From Opitutales bacterium (lineage in GTDB: Bacteria > Verrucomicrobiota > Verrucomicrobiia > Opitutales > UBA2987), in assembly GCA_965226885.1 (NCBI GenBank), contig CBDDEL010000010.1, positions 224,001-288,000 of the forward strand: 64,000 bases of DNA, given 5' to 3'. Every line of letters starts with the position of its first letter. Position 1 is the stretch's first letter. The notes beneath the pieces are model-generated. The model had not been told where the DNA came from. It did not search any database and saw nothing but the letters and a program-made list of their open reading frames with translations. Shown here piece by piece: positions 10,253 through 20,145 of the stretch. A program made the translations under genes and the position numbers.

Positions 10253-10855
10253 ATGGCATTAGCGAAAATAACGGAAATTACCGGTCGGGGTATCCACTTG
10301 GGGGGGGATGAGGTCGATACGGACCGCATCATCCCAGCGCGCTACCTTAAAAGCATCACTTTCGATGGTTTGGGGGAATTCGCATTTTACGATGAGCGGT
10401 TCGATGGAGAGGGCCATGAAAAGCCGCACCCGATGAACGATGAGCGTTTCAAGAATGCCTCGATCCTACTCGTGGGGTCGAATTTCGGCTGTGGCAGCTC
10501 GCGGGAACATGCTCCTCAGTCGCTGTATCGTTACGGCATTCGGGCCATCCTGGGGGTGAGTTTTGCGGAAATATTTTACGGAAACTCGATCCAGTTGGGC
10601 ATGCCTTGCCTGACCCTGGCGAAAGAAGATATCGAAAAAATCGCGTCTGCCGTGGAGGAAAATCCGGATACGCAGATTCGTGTCAATATCGCTGCTAACG
10701 CCGTTTCGTGTAATGGGGAGGTTTACCCGGCAGGTTTGCCCAGGGGGTCGCAGTCAAGCCTGGTCGAAGGCCGCTGGGATCCCATCGGAGAGTTGCTCGA
10801 AAATGGCGAGAGTGTTGACAGGGTGATTGGCTCCCTTCCCTATATGAATTTATGA
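10253..10855 (+). CDS. leuD: 3-isopropylmalate dehydratase small subunit
   Basis: DTDRIIPARYL and NFGCGSSREHAP motifs; follows leuC. Confidence 0.96.
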   Translation: MALAKITEITGRGIHLGGDEVDTDRIIPARYLKSITFDGLGEFAFYDERFDGEGHEKPHPMNDERFKNASILLVGSNFGCGSSREHAPQSLYRYGIRAILGVSFAEIFYGNSIQLGMPCLTLAKEDIEKIASAVEENPDTQIRVNIAANAVSCNGEVYPAGLPRGSQSSLVEGRWDPIGELLENGESVDRVIGSLPYMNL

Positions 10856-10938
10856 ATTAATCAGGAATGGTTTCCCGATTCTTTTTTTCAACGCCCCTGA
10901 TTCCTCTGCCATGAGCATCCAAAACGACCCATCCTGCC

Positions 10939-11520
10939 ATGATTAATCTGATCGAGGGTGCGGGTATTTTTATTTGGCCGCTGGGGCTGTGCTCTATATT
11001 TGGGTTATTTATTATTGTGGAAAGGTTTTATGCCTTGATGCCGGGCAAAATAATGCCACTGCATATTGTGGACAGCCTGATCGAGGGCAAAATCCCCGAG
11101 GTAGCCGACGATTCGGTGGGAGGCCGAATTTTGCAGTATTATCTGCGGAATAAGCCCGATGCTGAGCAATTGAAGGCCTTCGCCCGGTTTGAAGTCACCC
11201 GCATGGAGCGGGGGTTGTTTATCCTCGAGATCGTGGTTTCGGCGGCTCCCCTGATCGGTTTGCTGGGCACGGTGACGGGCCTGGTTAAAGTGTTCGCCAA
11301 TATCTCTATAGATACCGGGATGCCCGATCCGGGAACCTTCATTGAGGGCATCGCCTTGGCTTTAACCACCACCATGCTGGGTCTCTCTATCGCCATTCCG
11401 GCCCTCGTTGGCAATCACATGCTGATTCGGCGGATCGATACCCTGGCGGCGCGGCTCAGCGTGGGCGTCGAGCGTTTGATAGATTTGGGCAATAACAATA
11501 ATAAAGAGGACGAGGAATGA
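10939..11520 (+). CDS. MotA/TolQ/ExbB proton channel protein
   Basis: APLIGLLGTVTG and GIALALTTT..GL.IAIP transmembrane motifs. Confidence 0.9.
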   Translation: MINLIEGAGIFIWPLGLCSIFGLFIIVERFYALMPGKIMPLHIVDSLIEGKIPEVADDSVGGRILQYYLRNKPDAEQLKAFARFEVTRMERGLFILEIVVSAAPLIGLLGTVTGLVKVFANISIDTGMPDPGTFIEGIALALTTTMLGLSIAIPALVGNHMLIRRIDTLAARLSVGVERLIDLGNNNNKEDEE

Positions 11521-11915
11521 GCTTGGTCCTGCGCCCCCATCGGCGCAAGCCGGAGATCAACATCGTGCCGTTGGTCGATGTGCTCATTGTGCTGATTTTC
11601 TTTTTCCTCGTTTCGATGCAGTTTCGTAACCTCACCACCCTCAATTTGGTGCTACCCAAAATCGAGACGGCGGGGAAAAACAAGCTGGTCGAGCAAATCG
11701 AAATAGCGGTCGATGCGGAAGGCCAATTCTATTTCAGCGGCAGTCTTGTCTCCAAAGAGGCCCTGCGGGCGGCCGTAAAAATTCAGGCCAGCATCGACAA
11801 AGAGGTGCCGGTTCTGGTCATGGCCGATGAGGAGACGTACCTCAAAAGCGTGACCTTTATCATGGATATTTGCCGGGAGGCGGGACTGGAGAAAATCCGG
11901 CTGCAATCGCGCTGA
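11517..11915 (+). CDS. ExbD/TolR biopolymer transport protein
   Basis: INIVPLVDVLIVLIFFF motif; ATGA-coupled to the ExbB-like gene. Confidence 0.9.
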   Translation: MSLVLRPHRRKPEINIVPLVDVLIVLIFFFLVSMQFRNLTTLNLVLPKIETAGKNKLVEQIEIAVDAEGQFYFSGSLVSKEALRAAVKIQASIDKEVPVLVMADEETYLKSVTFIMDICREAGLEKIRLQSR

Positions 11916-11935
11916 GGCTGGCAGGTTTTCGGGAG

Positions 11936-13120
11936 TCAGGCTTCGAAATCCACTTCCGGTTCGGTCTCGGCCTCATAATCGACCCCCTTCAACCCAAAAC
12001 CGAAGAGCCTCAAAAAATCTTCCCGGTATCCGGCGAAATCCGAAAAATCGTCGAGGTTTTCAGTAACGGCCTTATCCCAATGGGATTGGGCCACTTTCTG
12101 CACCTCAGGCCTCATTTCCAGATCGTCCAGGCGCACCCGCCCCGCATCGTCGAACTGGGGTCTGGAGCCATTGAACATTTGGTCCCGGTATAGACGGTAA
12201 ATTTGCTCGATGCAGCCCTCGTGGGTGCCATTTTCTTTCATAACCTTGAAAAGCAGTGAGATATAGAGGGGCACAACCGGAATGGCGGAACTGGATTGGG
12301 TGACGACCGCTTTGTTGACGGAGATAAAAGCGCCGCCGCCAGCCTTTAACCGGCTGTCGATTTTGCGGGCGGATGCCTCCAAATCTTCCTTGGCCATGCC
12401 GATGGTTCCATTTTTGTAAACCGGCCAGGTAACTTCCGGCCCGATGTAGGAATAGGCAATGGAACGGGCGCCGTCCGCCAGGACGCCGGCATCGAAAAGG
12501 GCGGATATCCACATCTCCCAATCTTCACCTCCCATAACCGCTTTGGTGGCGGCGATTTCATCCTCGCTGGCCGGGTTGATGATTACCTCGGCAACCCTCT
12601 TCTTGTCCGTATTGAGGGTCTTGGCCGTAAACGGCTGGCCAATTGGCTTGAGGACAGCTCTGAAATTTTCCCCCGTTTTGGGGTGGGTGCGCCGAGGAGA
12701 GGCCAGACTGTAAATTACCAGGTCCACCATTCCCGGACCGTTTTTAATCACCTCGATCGTTTGACCCTTAATCTCGTCGGAAAATGCGTCGCCGTTTACG
12801 CTGGCAGCAAATAACCCGGCCTCTTTCGCTTTTTTCTCAATGGCGATAGAATTATACCAGCCCGCAGAGGCCGTCCGGCCGTTTATGGAAGGGCGCTCAA
12901 AAAAAACGCCCACCGTGCCCGCCCGGCAAGCGAATGCACTTGCAATCCTGGAAGCCAGCCCATAACCGGTGGAGGCTCCGATTATTAACACGTTTTTGGG
13001 TCCCTCGCTAAGAGGGCCTTGCGTTTTAATGTAATCGATTTGTTCCTGCACATTGGCGGCGCATCCCTCGGGATGGGCGGTCACACAAACAAATCCGCGA
13101 ATTTTGGGTTTGATGATCAT
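11936..13120 (-). CDS. fabV: Enoyl-ACP/trans-2-enoyl-CoA reductase FabV
   Basis: MIIKPKIRGFVCVTAHP, GASTGYGLASR, YSLASPRR and TIG.AK motifs. Confidence 0.93.
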   Translation of the reverse strand: MIIKPKIRGFVCVTAHPEGCAANVQEQIDYIKTQGPLSEGPKNVLIIGASTGYGLASRIASAFACRAGTVGVFFERPSINGRTASAGWYNSIAIEKKAKEAGLFAASVNGDAFSDEIKGQTIEVIKNGPGMVDLVIYSLASPRRTHPKTGENFRAVLKPIGQPFTAKTLNTDKKRVAEVIINPASEDEIAATKAVMGGEDWEMWISALFDAGVLADGARSIAYSYIGPEVTWPVYKNGTIGMAKEDLEASARKIDSRLKAGGGAFISVNKAVVTQSSSAIPVVPLYISLLFKVMKENGTHEGCIEQIYRLYRDQMFNGSRPQFDDAGRVRLDDLEMRPEVQKVAQSHWDKAVTENLDDFSDFAGYREDFLRLFGFGLKGVDYEAETEPEVDFEA

Positions 13121-13236
13121 GGCGCTGACGACTTCCAGTTTCCCTAAGTTAGGCAAACTTCATCCCAATTCAAAGGAAAAAGATGAGAAAGATTCTTGCC
13201 TATGATAGGCGGAATGCAAACAATCGGCCCTACCTG

Positions 13237-14556
13237 ATGAAATTGGAAATTCTAAATCCCCTCCGTTGGAAATTTCACTGGCAGATACTGGCCGCTCTGT
13301 TTCTGGCCGCCATCTCGGGCTCAGTCCTGAACGGGGTCGATACCGCGGCAAGCGCCGTTGCAGGAGGGTTCCTGGAAACCTGCGTGTTTCTCGGCGACCT
13401 TTTCATGAACGCACTCAAAATGGTCGTCGTTCCCCTCATTGTCTCGTCCATCATCAGTGGGATAATGAGTCTGGGTTCGGAACGCGATTTCGGGCGCATG
13501 GGCCTGAAAACCCTGATTTATTATACCGTTACCGGCCTGTTGGCCATATGTGTGGGGCTTATCGCGGTCAACACTATCCGTCCGGGAAATGTCGATCTCG
13601 CCACGGCCGAAAAAATAATCGGGCAACAGGAGGTTTCGGATGCCTTCATAGCTAAATTCGAGGGCCGCAGCAGCGGGGAGATGGTCGATATCTTCAAACG
13701 AATGCTACCGCCCAATATCTTCCTTGCGGCGACCGATAATGGACAACTGCTGGGGTTGATCTGCTTCAGCCTCCTGTTTGGTTATTTTATCGGGAAATTG
13801 CCCGGCACTCAGCGGGAATTTCAAAAAAACCTCTGGGAAAGCATCCAGAGGGTGATGATGCTGATCACCGATTTGATTATCCGTTTTGCCCCCATCGGCG
13901 TGTTCGGGCTGGTCACTCCAGTCATTGCCAGGACCGGATTAGAGGTATTTCAACCCCTGGCCTGGTTTCTCCTGACGGTTCTCATTTCCCTTGGTTTCCA
14001 TCTTTTCGTTACCTTGGGTCTGCTCCTGAAATTTGTCGGAAAAATCAATCCGGCCAAACATTACAAAGCCATGGCTCCGGTCTTTTTAATGGCATTTTCG
14101 ACCGCTTCCTCGGCCTCCACCCTGCCAATTACGCTGGAAACGGTGGAAAGAGACGCCGGGGTCTCCAACCGCACGGCCAGTTTTACCCTGCCCCTCGGAG
14201 CCACCGTGAATATGGACGGCACGGCCCTCTATGAATGTGTTGTGGTCATTTTTATCGCCCAGTTTTACGGTGTCGTGCATGGATTTGAGATCGGCTTCGC
14301 CCAGCAATTCACGGTCGTGCTACTCGCTTTGCTGACATCGGTTGGAGTGGCGGGGATACCCTCTGCCAGCCTTGTCGCCATTACGGTCATTTTGGGTGTG
14401 GTCGGATTGCCTTTGGAGGCCGTGGGACTGGTTTGGGTAACGGACCGTATTCTGGACATGTGCCGGACCTCCGTTAATGTATTCAGCGACACTTGCGGCG
14501 CGGTCATCATCGGGCGGACAGAAGGAGAGACAGGCATTTACCCGGAAACGGGTTGA
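13237..14556 (+). CDS. Dicarboxylate/amino acid:cation symporter (DAACS)
   Basis: AFSTASSASTLP, LPLGATVNMDGTALY and DRILDMCRT motifs. Confidence 0.92.
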   Translation: MKLEILNPLRWKFHWQILAALFLAAISGSVLNGVDTAASAVAGGFLETCVFLGDLFMNALKMVVVPLIVSSIISGIMSLGSERDFGRMGLKTLIYYTVTGLLAICVGLIAVNTIRPGNVDLATAEKIIGQQEVSDAFIAKFEGRSSGEMVDIFKRMLPPNIFLAATDNGQLLGLICFSLLFGYFIGKLPGTQREFQKNLWESIQRVMMLITDLIIRFAPIGVFGLVTPVIARTGLEVFQPLAWFLLTVLISLGFHLFVTLGLLLKFVGKINPAKHYKAMAPVFLMAFSTASSASTLPITLETVERDAGVSNRTASFTLPLGATVNMDGTALYECVVVIFIAQFYGVVHGFEIGFAQQFTVVLLALLTSVGVAGIPSASLVAITVILGVVGLPLEAVGLVWVTDRILDMCRTSVNVFSDTCGAVIIGRTEGETGIYPETG

Positions 14557-14591
14557 TCCGGGCCGGGCTACAGGTCACATTTTCCGCAGGC

Positions 14592-16670
14592 ATGTCGAAG
14601 CCATTCCAGCTCCGGGCCGACTACAAGCCCACTGGTGATCAGCCGGAGGCCATCAAGGCGCTTGTGCGCTCCATTAAATCGGGCCATCGCTACCAGACGC
14701 TGCTCGGGGTGACCGGCTCGGGCAAGACTTTCACGGTGGCCAACCTCATTGAGCGGACGCAGCGGCCCACCCTTGTCATTTCCCATAACAAAACCCTGGC
14801 CGCCCAGTTGTATTCCGAGTTTAAAAACTTTTTCCCCCACAACGCGGTCGAATACTTTGTCAGCTATTACGATTATTATCAGCCGGAGGCTTATATCCCG
14901 CAATCCGACACCTATATCGAAAAGGATTCCTCCATTAACGACGAAATCGAGCGGCTCCGCATCTCCGCCACCAGCGCCCTCATCAGCCGCCGGGACGTCA
15001 TCGTGGTGGCCAGCGTTTCCTGCATCTACGGGCTCGGTTCTCCCGACGATTTCAAGGAAATGATGATTGCCATCAACCCCGGCGCCGAACTGCCCAGGGA
15101 CGCCTTTCTCCAGCGGCTGGTGGAAAATCTTTATCAGCGCAACGACATTGCCTTTGAGCGGGGCTGCTTCCGGGTGCGGGGCGAAGTGGTGGACGTCTTT
15201 CCCGCCTACATGGAAAGCGCCATCCGCATCGAGTTCTGGGGCGACGAAGTGGAAGCGGTCAAGGAACTCAACCCCCTGACCGGTGAAACGGGGGCCGTTT
15301 TGGAGCATTTTCATCTCTATCCGGCCAATCAATACATAACGCCCAGAAACAAAATCGAACGGGCCGTCGGCGCCATCAAAGCGGAACTTGCCGAGCGGAT
15401 CAGCTATTTTGAGAGGGAAAACAAGCTGATCGAGGCCCAGCGCATCCGCATGCGCACCGATTACGATCTCGAACTTTTGCAGGAAATGGGTTTTTGCACC
15501 GGCATCGAAAATTATTCCCGGCACCTCTCCGGCCGCCGGGAAGGGGAGCGGCCCTTTTGCCTGATCGATTTCTTCCCACAGGATTTCCTTCTTGTGATGG
15601 ACGAAAGCCATGCCACCGTTCCCCAGATCGGGGCCATGTACAAAGGCGACCGCTCGCGCAAGGAACGGCTCGTCGAATACGGATTCCGCCTGCCTTCGGC
15701 CCTCGACAATCGGCCTCTGCGGGCGGAGGAGTTCGAGGCCGTCACCGGACAGACCGTTTTCATGTCCGCCACTCCCTCGCCCCGCGAGTTGGAATTGTCT
15801 TCCGTGGTGGCAGAGCAGGTCATCCGCCCCACCGGATTGCTCGACCCGGAACTCGAAATCCGCCCCTCCGATGGGCAGGTCGAGGATTTGATTGGAGAAA
15901 TTTATCAATGCGTCGAGGAAAATGAACGCGTCCTCGTCACCACATTGACCAAACGCATGTCGGAAGACCTCTCCGATTATTTGCGGGAGCGGAAAATCCG
16001 CGTGGAATACCTACACAGCGACATCGACGCCATCGAGCGCATTGAAATCCTCCGCAACCTGCGCCGGGGCGATTTCGACGTGCTGGTGGGCATCAATCTC
16101 CTGCGCGAGGGCCTCGACCTGCCCGAAGTGGCCCTGGTGGCCATCCTCGACGCCGACAAAGAGGGTTTTCTGCGCAGCCGCACCAGCCTTATACAGACGG
16201 CAGGCCGGGCCGCCCGCCACGAGAAAGGCCGCGTCATATTCTACGCCAACAAAATGACCAATTCAGTCCGGTCGGCGGAAGACGTCACCCTTGGCCGGAG
16301 GGAAAAACAGCTCGCCTACAACCGGGAACACGGCATCACCCCCAAAGGCGTCAAACGGGCGGTGCAGGCCAGTCTTCATTATGGCCGCAAAGAGGAGGAA
16401 ATCGACCCCATCTGTGTGTCCGAGGCTGGAGGAGACGAAGAGGTGGCCGTCGTCATCGCGGAACTGGAGGAGGAAATGATCGCCGCCGCCAACGACCTCC
16501 AATTCGAGCGCGCGGCCCTCCTCCGCGACCAGGTGGAAGCCCTCCGCAAAGGTGACTTCGGCGACGGCAAAGCAAAGCGCCGCTATGGCTCAACCTATCA
16601 AAGAAGCCCCATCAAACGCCGAGCCAAAAAAGTCCACAAAGGCAAAACCTACAAACCGAGACGCAGGTAA
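14592..16670 (+). CDS. uvrB: Excinuclease ABC subunit B
   Basis: GVTGSGKT, YYDYYQPEAY, DESH, INLLREGLD and C-terminal UVR motif. Confidence 0.97.
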   Translation: MSKPFQLRADYKPTGDQPEAIKALVRSIKSGHRYQTLLGVTGSGKTFTVANLIERTQRPTLVISHNKTLAAQLYSEFKNFFPHNAVEYFVSYYDYYQPEAYIPQSDTYIEKDSSINDEIERLRISATSALISRRDVIVVASVSCIYGLGSPDDFKEMMIAINPGAELPRDAFLQRLVENLYQRNDIAFERGCFRVRGEVVDVFPAYMESAIRIEFWGDEVEAVKELNPLTGETGAVLEHFHLYPANQYITPRNKIERAVGAIKAELAERISYFERENKLIEAQRIRMRTDYDLELLQEMGFCTGIENYSRHLSGRREGERPFCLIDFFPQDFLLVMDESHATVPQIGAMYKGDRSRKERLVEYGFRLPSALDNRPLRAEEFEAVTGQTVFMSATPSPRELELSSVVAEQVIRPTGLLDPELEIRPSDGQVEDLIGEIYQCVEENERVLVTTLTKRMSEDLSDYLRERKIRVEYLHSDIDAIERIEILRNLRRGDFDVLVGINLLREGLDLPEVALVAILDADKEGFLRSRTSLIQTAGRAARHEKGRVIFYANKMTNSVRSAEDVTLGRREKQLAYNREHGITPKGVKRAVQASLHYGRKEEEIDPICVSEAGGDEEVAVVIAELEEEMIAAANDLQFERAALLRDQVEALRKGDFGDGKAKRRYGSTYQRSPIKRRAKKVHKGKTYKPRRR

Positions 16671-16813
16671 AATAGGCATGCTAATCCTGGATTTGGGTGA
16701 GAAATTGATAAAGGCAGGTTGAGCGGGCTTCTACCGGCACGTTTTTTGATTTCGCGGCTAACTCAGTCCTGCCAGTGGTTACCGCCATGGAATGGCGGTG
16801 AAATGCCTTGAAA

Positions 16814-17101
16814 TCAGGCTGGGAGCGCTTTTTTGACTTTGATCCGGGATGCGTTTTTCTCGGCTTGGGCGAGGTCATAATCCATTTGTATGCCGAGCCA
16901 GACTTCGGGGCTGCTGCCAAATGCCTTGGACAGACGGATGGCCATTTCCGGGGATACGCCGTTCTTGCCATTGACAAGATTGCTCAGGGTAAGGCGGGTT
17001 ACACCGAGAATCTCAGCGGCTTTGGTAATGCTCAGGCCGAGCGGTTCCAGGCATTCGTGCCTGACAAGTCTTCCGGGATGAGGCGGGTTTTTCATTCTCA
17101 T
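16814..17101 (-). CDS. higA: HigA family antitoxin
   Basis: MKNPPHPG start, HTH, WLGIQ..YDL motif. Confidence 0.9.
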   Translation of the reverse strand: MRMKNPPHPGRLVRHECLEPLGLSITKAAEILGVTRLTLSNLVNGKNGVSPEMAIRLSKAFGSSPEVWLGIQMDYDLAQAEKNASRIKVKKALPA

Positions 17102-17117
17102 GGTTTTTTCTTCCTAA

Positions 17118-17396
17118 TTAATGGTAGTCTATTAAATCCACATCGTGAGCGTGGCCTTGCTTAATCCTGAAAATGACACGCCAGTTGCGGCCTACGGTGA
17201 CGGACCAGAAGCCTTTGAGTTCGCCTTTTAGCGGGTGCAGGTTGAAACCTGGAAAGGCCATGTGCTCCGGTTTCGCGGTACGATTCAAGGCGACAAGGAT
17301 ATGTTCGAGTTTTTTCACATGCTGAGCTGATATTTTGCTTCGGTCTGCGTTCTCAAACAGGAGTTGCAGCCCTTTGTGTCGGAAGTTCTGTATCAC
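17118..17396 (-). CDS. higB: HigB (RelE-like) toxin
   Basis: GTG start, IQNFRHKGL...LHPLKG.LKG.WSVTV..NWRVIFR...DYH; lies upstream of the antitoxin. Confidence 0.88.
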   Translation of the reverse strand: MIQNFRHKGLQLLFENADRSKISAQHVKKLEHILVALNRTAKPEHMAFPGFNLHPLKGELKGFWSVTVGRNWRVIFRIKQGHAHDVDLIDYH

Positions 17397-17404
17397 AATA
17401 CGGC

Positions 17405-17431
17405 TGTATATGGCATATATGCACTTGTCAA
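17405..17431 (-). promoter_or_regulatory. Putative higBA promoter (-35 TTGACA) overlapped by an imperfect palindromic operator
   Basis: TTGACA on the minus strand at 17431-17426; TGTATAT-N5-ATATGCA inverted repeat at 17405-17423; -10 box weak. Confidence 0.45.
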
Positions 17432-17538
17432 TCGTCAATCGATTCCCGATTTTTTCTTTTTGATTGCCATCGAAAGTGTAATTTTTTTGTTGTTTCTGGC
17501 ACAATCGAGATAGAGGCTCTGGCGTTGGGAAACGGAAG

Positions 17539-19302
17539 ATGACGGAATTGGAAACGGAAAAACCATTGTGGAAGCGGCCGGGGCGGTGGGTTTCTTTTTT
17601 GGGCGTGTGTTTGGGGGTTTGTTTGTTTTTCTGGATGCTGCCGGCGAATCCTGCGGTGGTTCCGGAGGGTCGGGCGGTGGGGCATTGGTCGTCCATTCTG
17701 CCACCTGTTTTTGCTGTTGTGGTGGCATTGCATTTTCGCACTTTGATTTGGGCGCTTTCTTCGGCTTTTGTCCTGGGGACCTTTTTGTCTTATGCGCCGG
17801 ATTATGTCTGGGCCCTGCCGCTGGGGGTGAAGAATTTCATCTGGGTGAATTTTACCCAACAGTTCAACCTCTACATTTTCGCTTTTCTGTTTTCCTTGGT
17901 GGGACTGATCCATGTGGCCTATCGGTGCGGGGGCATTCATGGGCTTGTGACCAAGATCAACCGGGTGGCGCGCGGGCCGCGTTCAACCAAGCTGGCCACT
18001 TCGCTGGCCGGGCTGGCCATTTTTTTCGACGATTATTCGAATACCGTGGTAGTCGGCTCAACCATGCGGGCACTGTCGGACAAGTGGAAGATTTCACGGG
18101 AAAAACTGGCCTACCTGGTCGATTCGACGACCGCGCCCATCGCGGGGGTGGCCCTGCTCTCCACCTGGATCGCTTTCGAGGTGCTTCTTTTCAACCAGGT
18201 ATCCAGTCATTTGGGTCTGCATGAGGGCGGCTATGCCATGTTCGTGAAAATCCTGCCCTATCGTTTTTATTGTTGGGGGACATTGCTATTCGTATTTTTC
18301 ACCTCGGCCCTGGGGAGGGATTTCGGGCCCATGTACCAGGCTGAAAAACGGGCCGCCCTGGAAGGCAAAGTGATCGCAGACGGGGCCCGCCTGCTGACGC
18401 ATGAAAAAGGCGGCGCTCTGGAGCCGGTTGAGGGCAAACCCCAACGCTGGATCAACGCGGTCCTCCCGTTAATCATCGTGATCGGCGGAACCCTGGGCGG
18501 CATCCTGCTGGTGGGGCGCTCCAAGGTGCTGGCCGACGGGGGCAGTTTTTACTTTTCCAGCATGGGCGATTTGCGGGCCGCCTTCGGCATGGTGACCGAT
18601 CCTTACCGAACACCGGGCGGGGCCATGAGAATTCTGTTTATTGCTTCGTTTAGCGGGGGAGTGGTCGTTGTGGCTATGGCGTTGAGCCAGAAAATCCTGT
18701 CCTTTCGGGAAGCGGGCAAAGCCTATATGCAGGCCCTGCCGACGCTCTGGATGGCCTTTTTCATCCTCATCATGGCCTGGGGAATGAGCAAAATCTGCAC
18801 CGACGGCGTGCATACCGACACCTATCTGATTTCTCTATTGGGTGGGCGTATGGAACTGGTTTTCCTGCCCTTGTCGGTATTTCTGGTGGCCTCCGGAATG
18901 TCTTTTGCCACGGGCACGAGTTTCGGCACCATGGGGATACTGATTCCGGTCATATTGCCGCTCTCCTATGCCTTGGGCGCTTATGAGGAAGGGAACCAGA
19001 TCATTTTCTGGCTGACGGCGGCGGCCATCATGGACGGGGCTATTTTTGGCGACCATTGCAGCCCCATCAGCGATACCACCGTGCTCTCCTCGATATCGGC
19101 CGGTTGCGATCATATCGACCACGTCAGCACGCAAATGGCCTACGCTTTGACTACTATGGTGATAGCCGCATCCGCCGGTTACCTGGCGGTGGCATCGGGC
19201 ATGCCGGGATGGCTTTACTTTCTGATTTTCCCCGCCTGCACCCTGGGGATACTCCTGATCATCGGGAAAAAAGTGCCTGCGCCTAAATTAGACAATCCCT
19301 AG
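17539..19302 (+). CDS. Na+/H+ antiporter NhaC family protein
   Basis: IFFDDYSN, SREKLAYLVDSTTAP, FATGTSFGTM and GAIFGDHCSPISDTT motifs. Confidence 0.9.
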   Translation: MTELETEKPLWKRPGRWVSFLGVCLGVCLFFWMLPANPAVVPEGRAVGHWSSILPPVFAVVVALHFRTLIWALSSAFVLGTFLSYAPDYVWALPLGVKNFIWVNFTQQFNLYIFAFLFSLVGLIHVAYRCGGIHGLVTKINRVARGPRSTKLATSLAGLAIFFDDYSNTVVVGSTMRALSDKWKISREKLAYLVDSTTAPIAGVALLSTWIAFEVLLFNQVSSHLGLHEGGYAMFVKILPYRFYCWGTLLFVFFTSALGRDFGPMYQAEKRAALEGKVIADGARLLTHEKGGALEPVEGKPQRWINAVLPLIIVIGGTLGGILLVGRSKVLADGGSFYFSSMGDLRAAFGMVTDPYRTPGGAMRILFIASFSGGVVVVAMALSQKILSFREAGKAYMQALPTLWMAFFILIMAWGMSKICTDGVHTDTYLISLLGGRMELVFLPLSVFLVASGMSFATGTSFGTMGILIPVILPLSYALGAYEEGNQIIFWLTAAAIMDGAIFGDHCSPISDTTVLSSISAGCDHIDHVSTQMAYALTTMVIAASAGYLAVASGMPGWLYFLIFPACTLGILLIIGKKVPAPKLDNP

Positions 19303-20102
19303 AGATCGTTTTCGTAGGCGGATACTTCGGTAAAGCGGCTATTCCCCCGTAGCAAACGCCCCAAACGCGGGTTGCGGTTGTTATAAACTTCCACCGCGTC
19401 CGCATCGGCATAACGTAGAAAGAGGACGCGGCGGTCTCGATCCTGTGAAAAATTACCGTCCGATTTGTGAAGCATCCAGCAATTGAAGATGAGGCATTGG
19501 CCGGGCTTCATGGCCATGGGCACAGCCTCGCTTTCATCGGGATCGTCTTGAATGGTCAACCGGCTCTTTTTCTCTTCCATCGATAATCCTGCGTGCAATC
19601 GCCCTTGCTTGTGGCTGCCGGGAATGATCCAGAGGCAGCCGTTGGACCGGTCGGCCGCATCGAAGGAAGTCAGGCAGCTTATGGCGTTGTAGGGGTCGAG
19701 TTCTCCATAGCCGTTGTCCTGATGCCAGTGGAAAGGTTTGTCGTTCCCTCGCATTTTGAAGGTTAATTGCGAAGTTACGCCTTTGAGGTCGGGTCCGATA
19801 ATCTGCCCGGCGATATCGACCAGCGGTCCTTCAAAATAATAATCCCTGACCATTTTTGAATGATGGTGGATATTGGGGAGCAGGGCATTCTCCAGCCATG
19901 TATGGCCGGGATCAAAATCTCCTTTTTCCGACCTCCAGGCATTCATGGCTTCGGATACCATGATCTCGAGGCCTTGAGGGGTTAATATTTCGTCGATCAG
20001 GAGATAGCCATTCTCCTCATAAAATGCCAGTTCCTCCCGCCTCAAGAGGCGAAAGTTAAAGTATGGGGCGAGGTTACTCGACTGAACTTGGGACGCTTTC
20101 AT
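19299..20102 (-). CDS. Phytanoyl-CoA dioxygenase family (Fe/2OG) protein
   Basis: WHQD, NGCLWIIPGSH and H.S..N motifs. Confidence 0.88.
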   Translation of the reverse strand: MKASQVQSSNLAPYFNFRLLRREELAFYEENGYLLIDEILTPQGLEIMVSEAMNAWRSEKGDFDPGHTWLENALLPNIHHHSKMVRDYYFEGPLVDIAGQIIGPDLKGVTSQLTFKMRGNDKPFHWHQDNGYGELDPYNAISCLTSFDAADRSNGCLWIIPGSHKQGRLHAGLSMEEKKSRLTIQDDPDESEAVPMAMKPGQCLIFNCWMLHKSDGNFSQDRDRRVLFLRYADADAVEVYNNRNPRLGRLLRGNSRFTEVSAYENDL

Positions 20103-20145
20103 ATTACTCCAATTGCATCCGGCCGGATTTGCGTGGGGAGACCCT

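Noticed and set aside
14568..15908. Long antisense ORFs over uvrB, ADH, fusA-like and similar genes
   Set aside because: They are shadow ORFs from GC-rich codon usage and carry no recognisable motifs.
16670..17480. higBA as an integron cassette
   Set aside because: GGCTAAC occurs at 16756, but there is no properly spaced R''/L''/L' set. The nearby ACCGCCAT/ATGGCGGT hairpin looks like an ordinary terminator-type stem.
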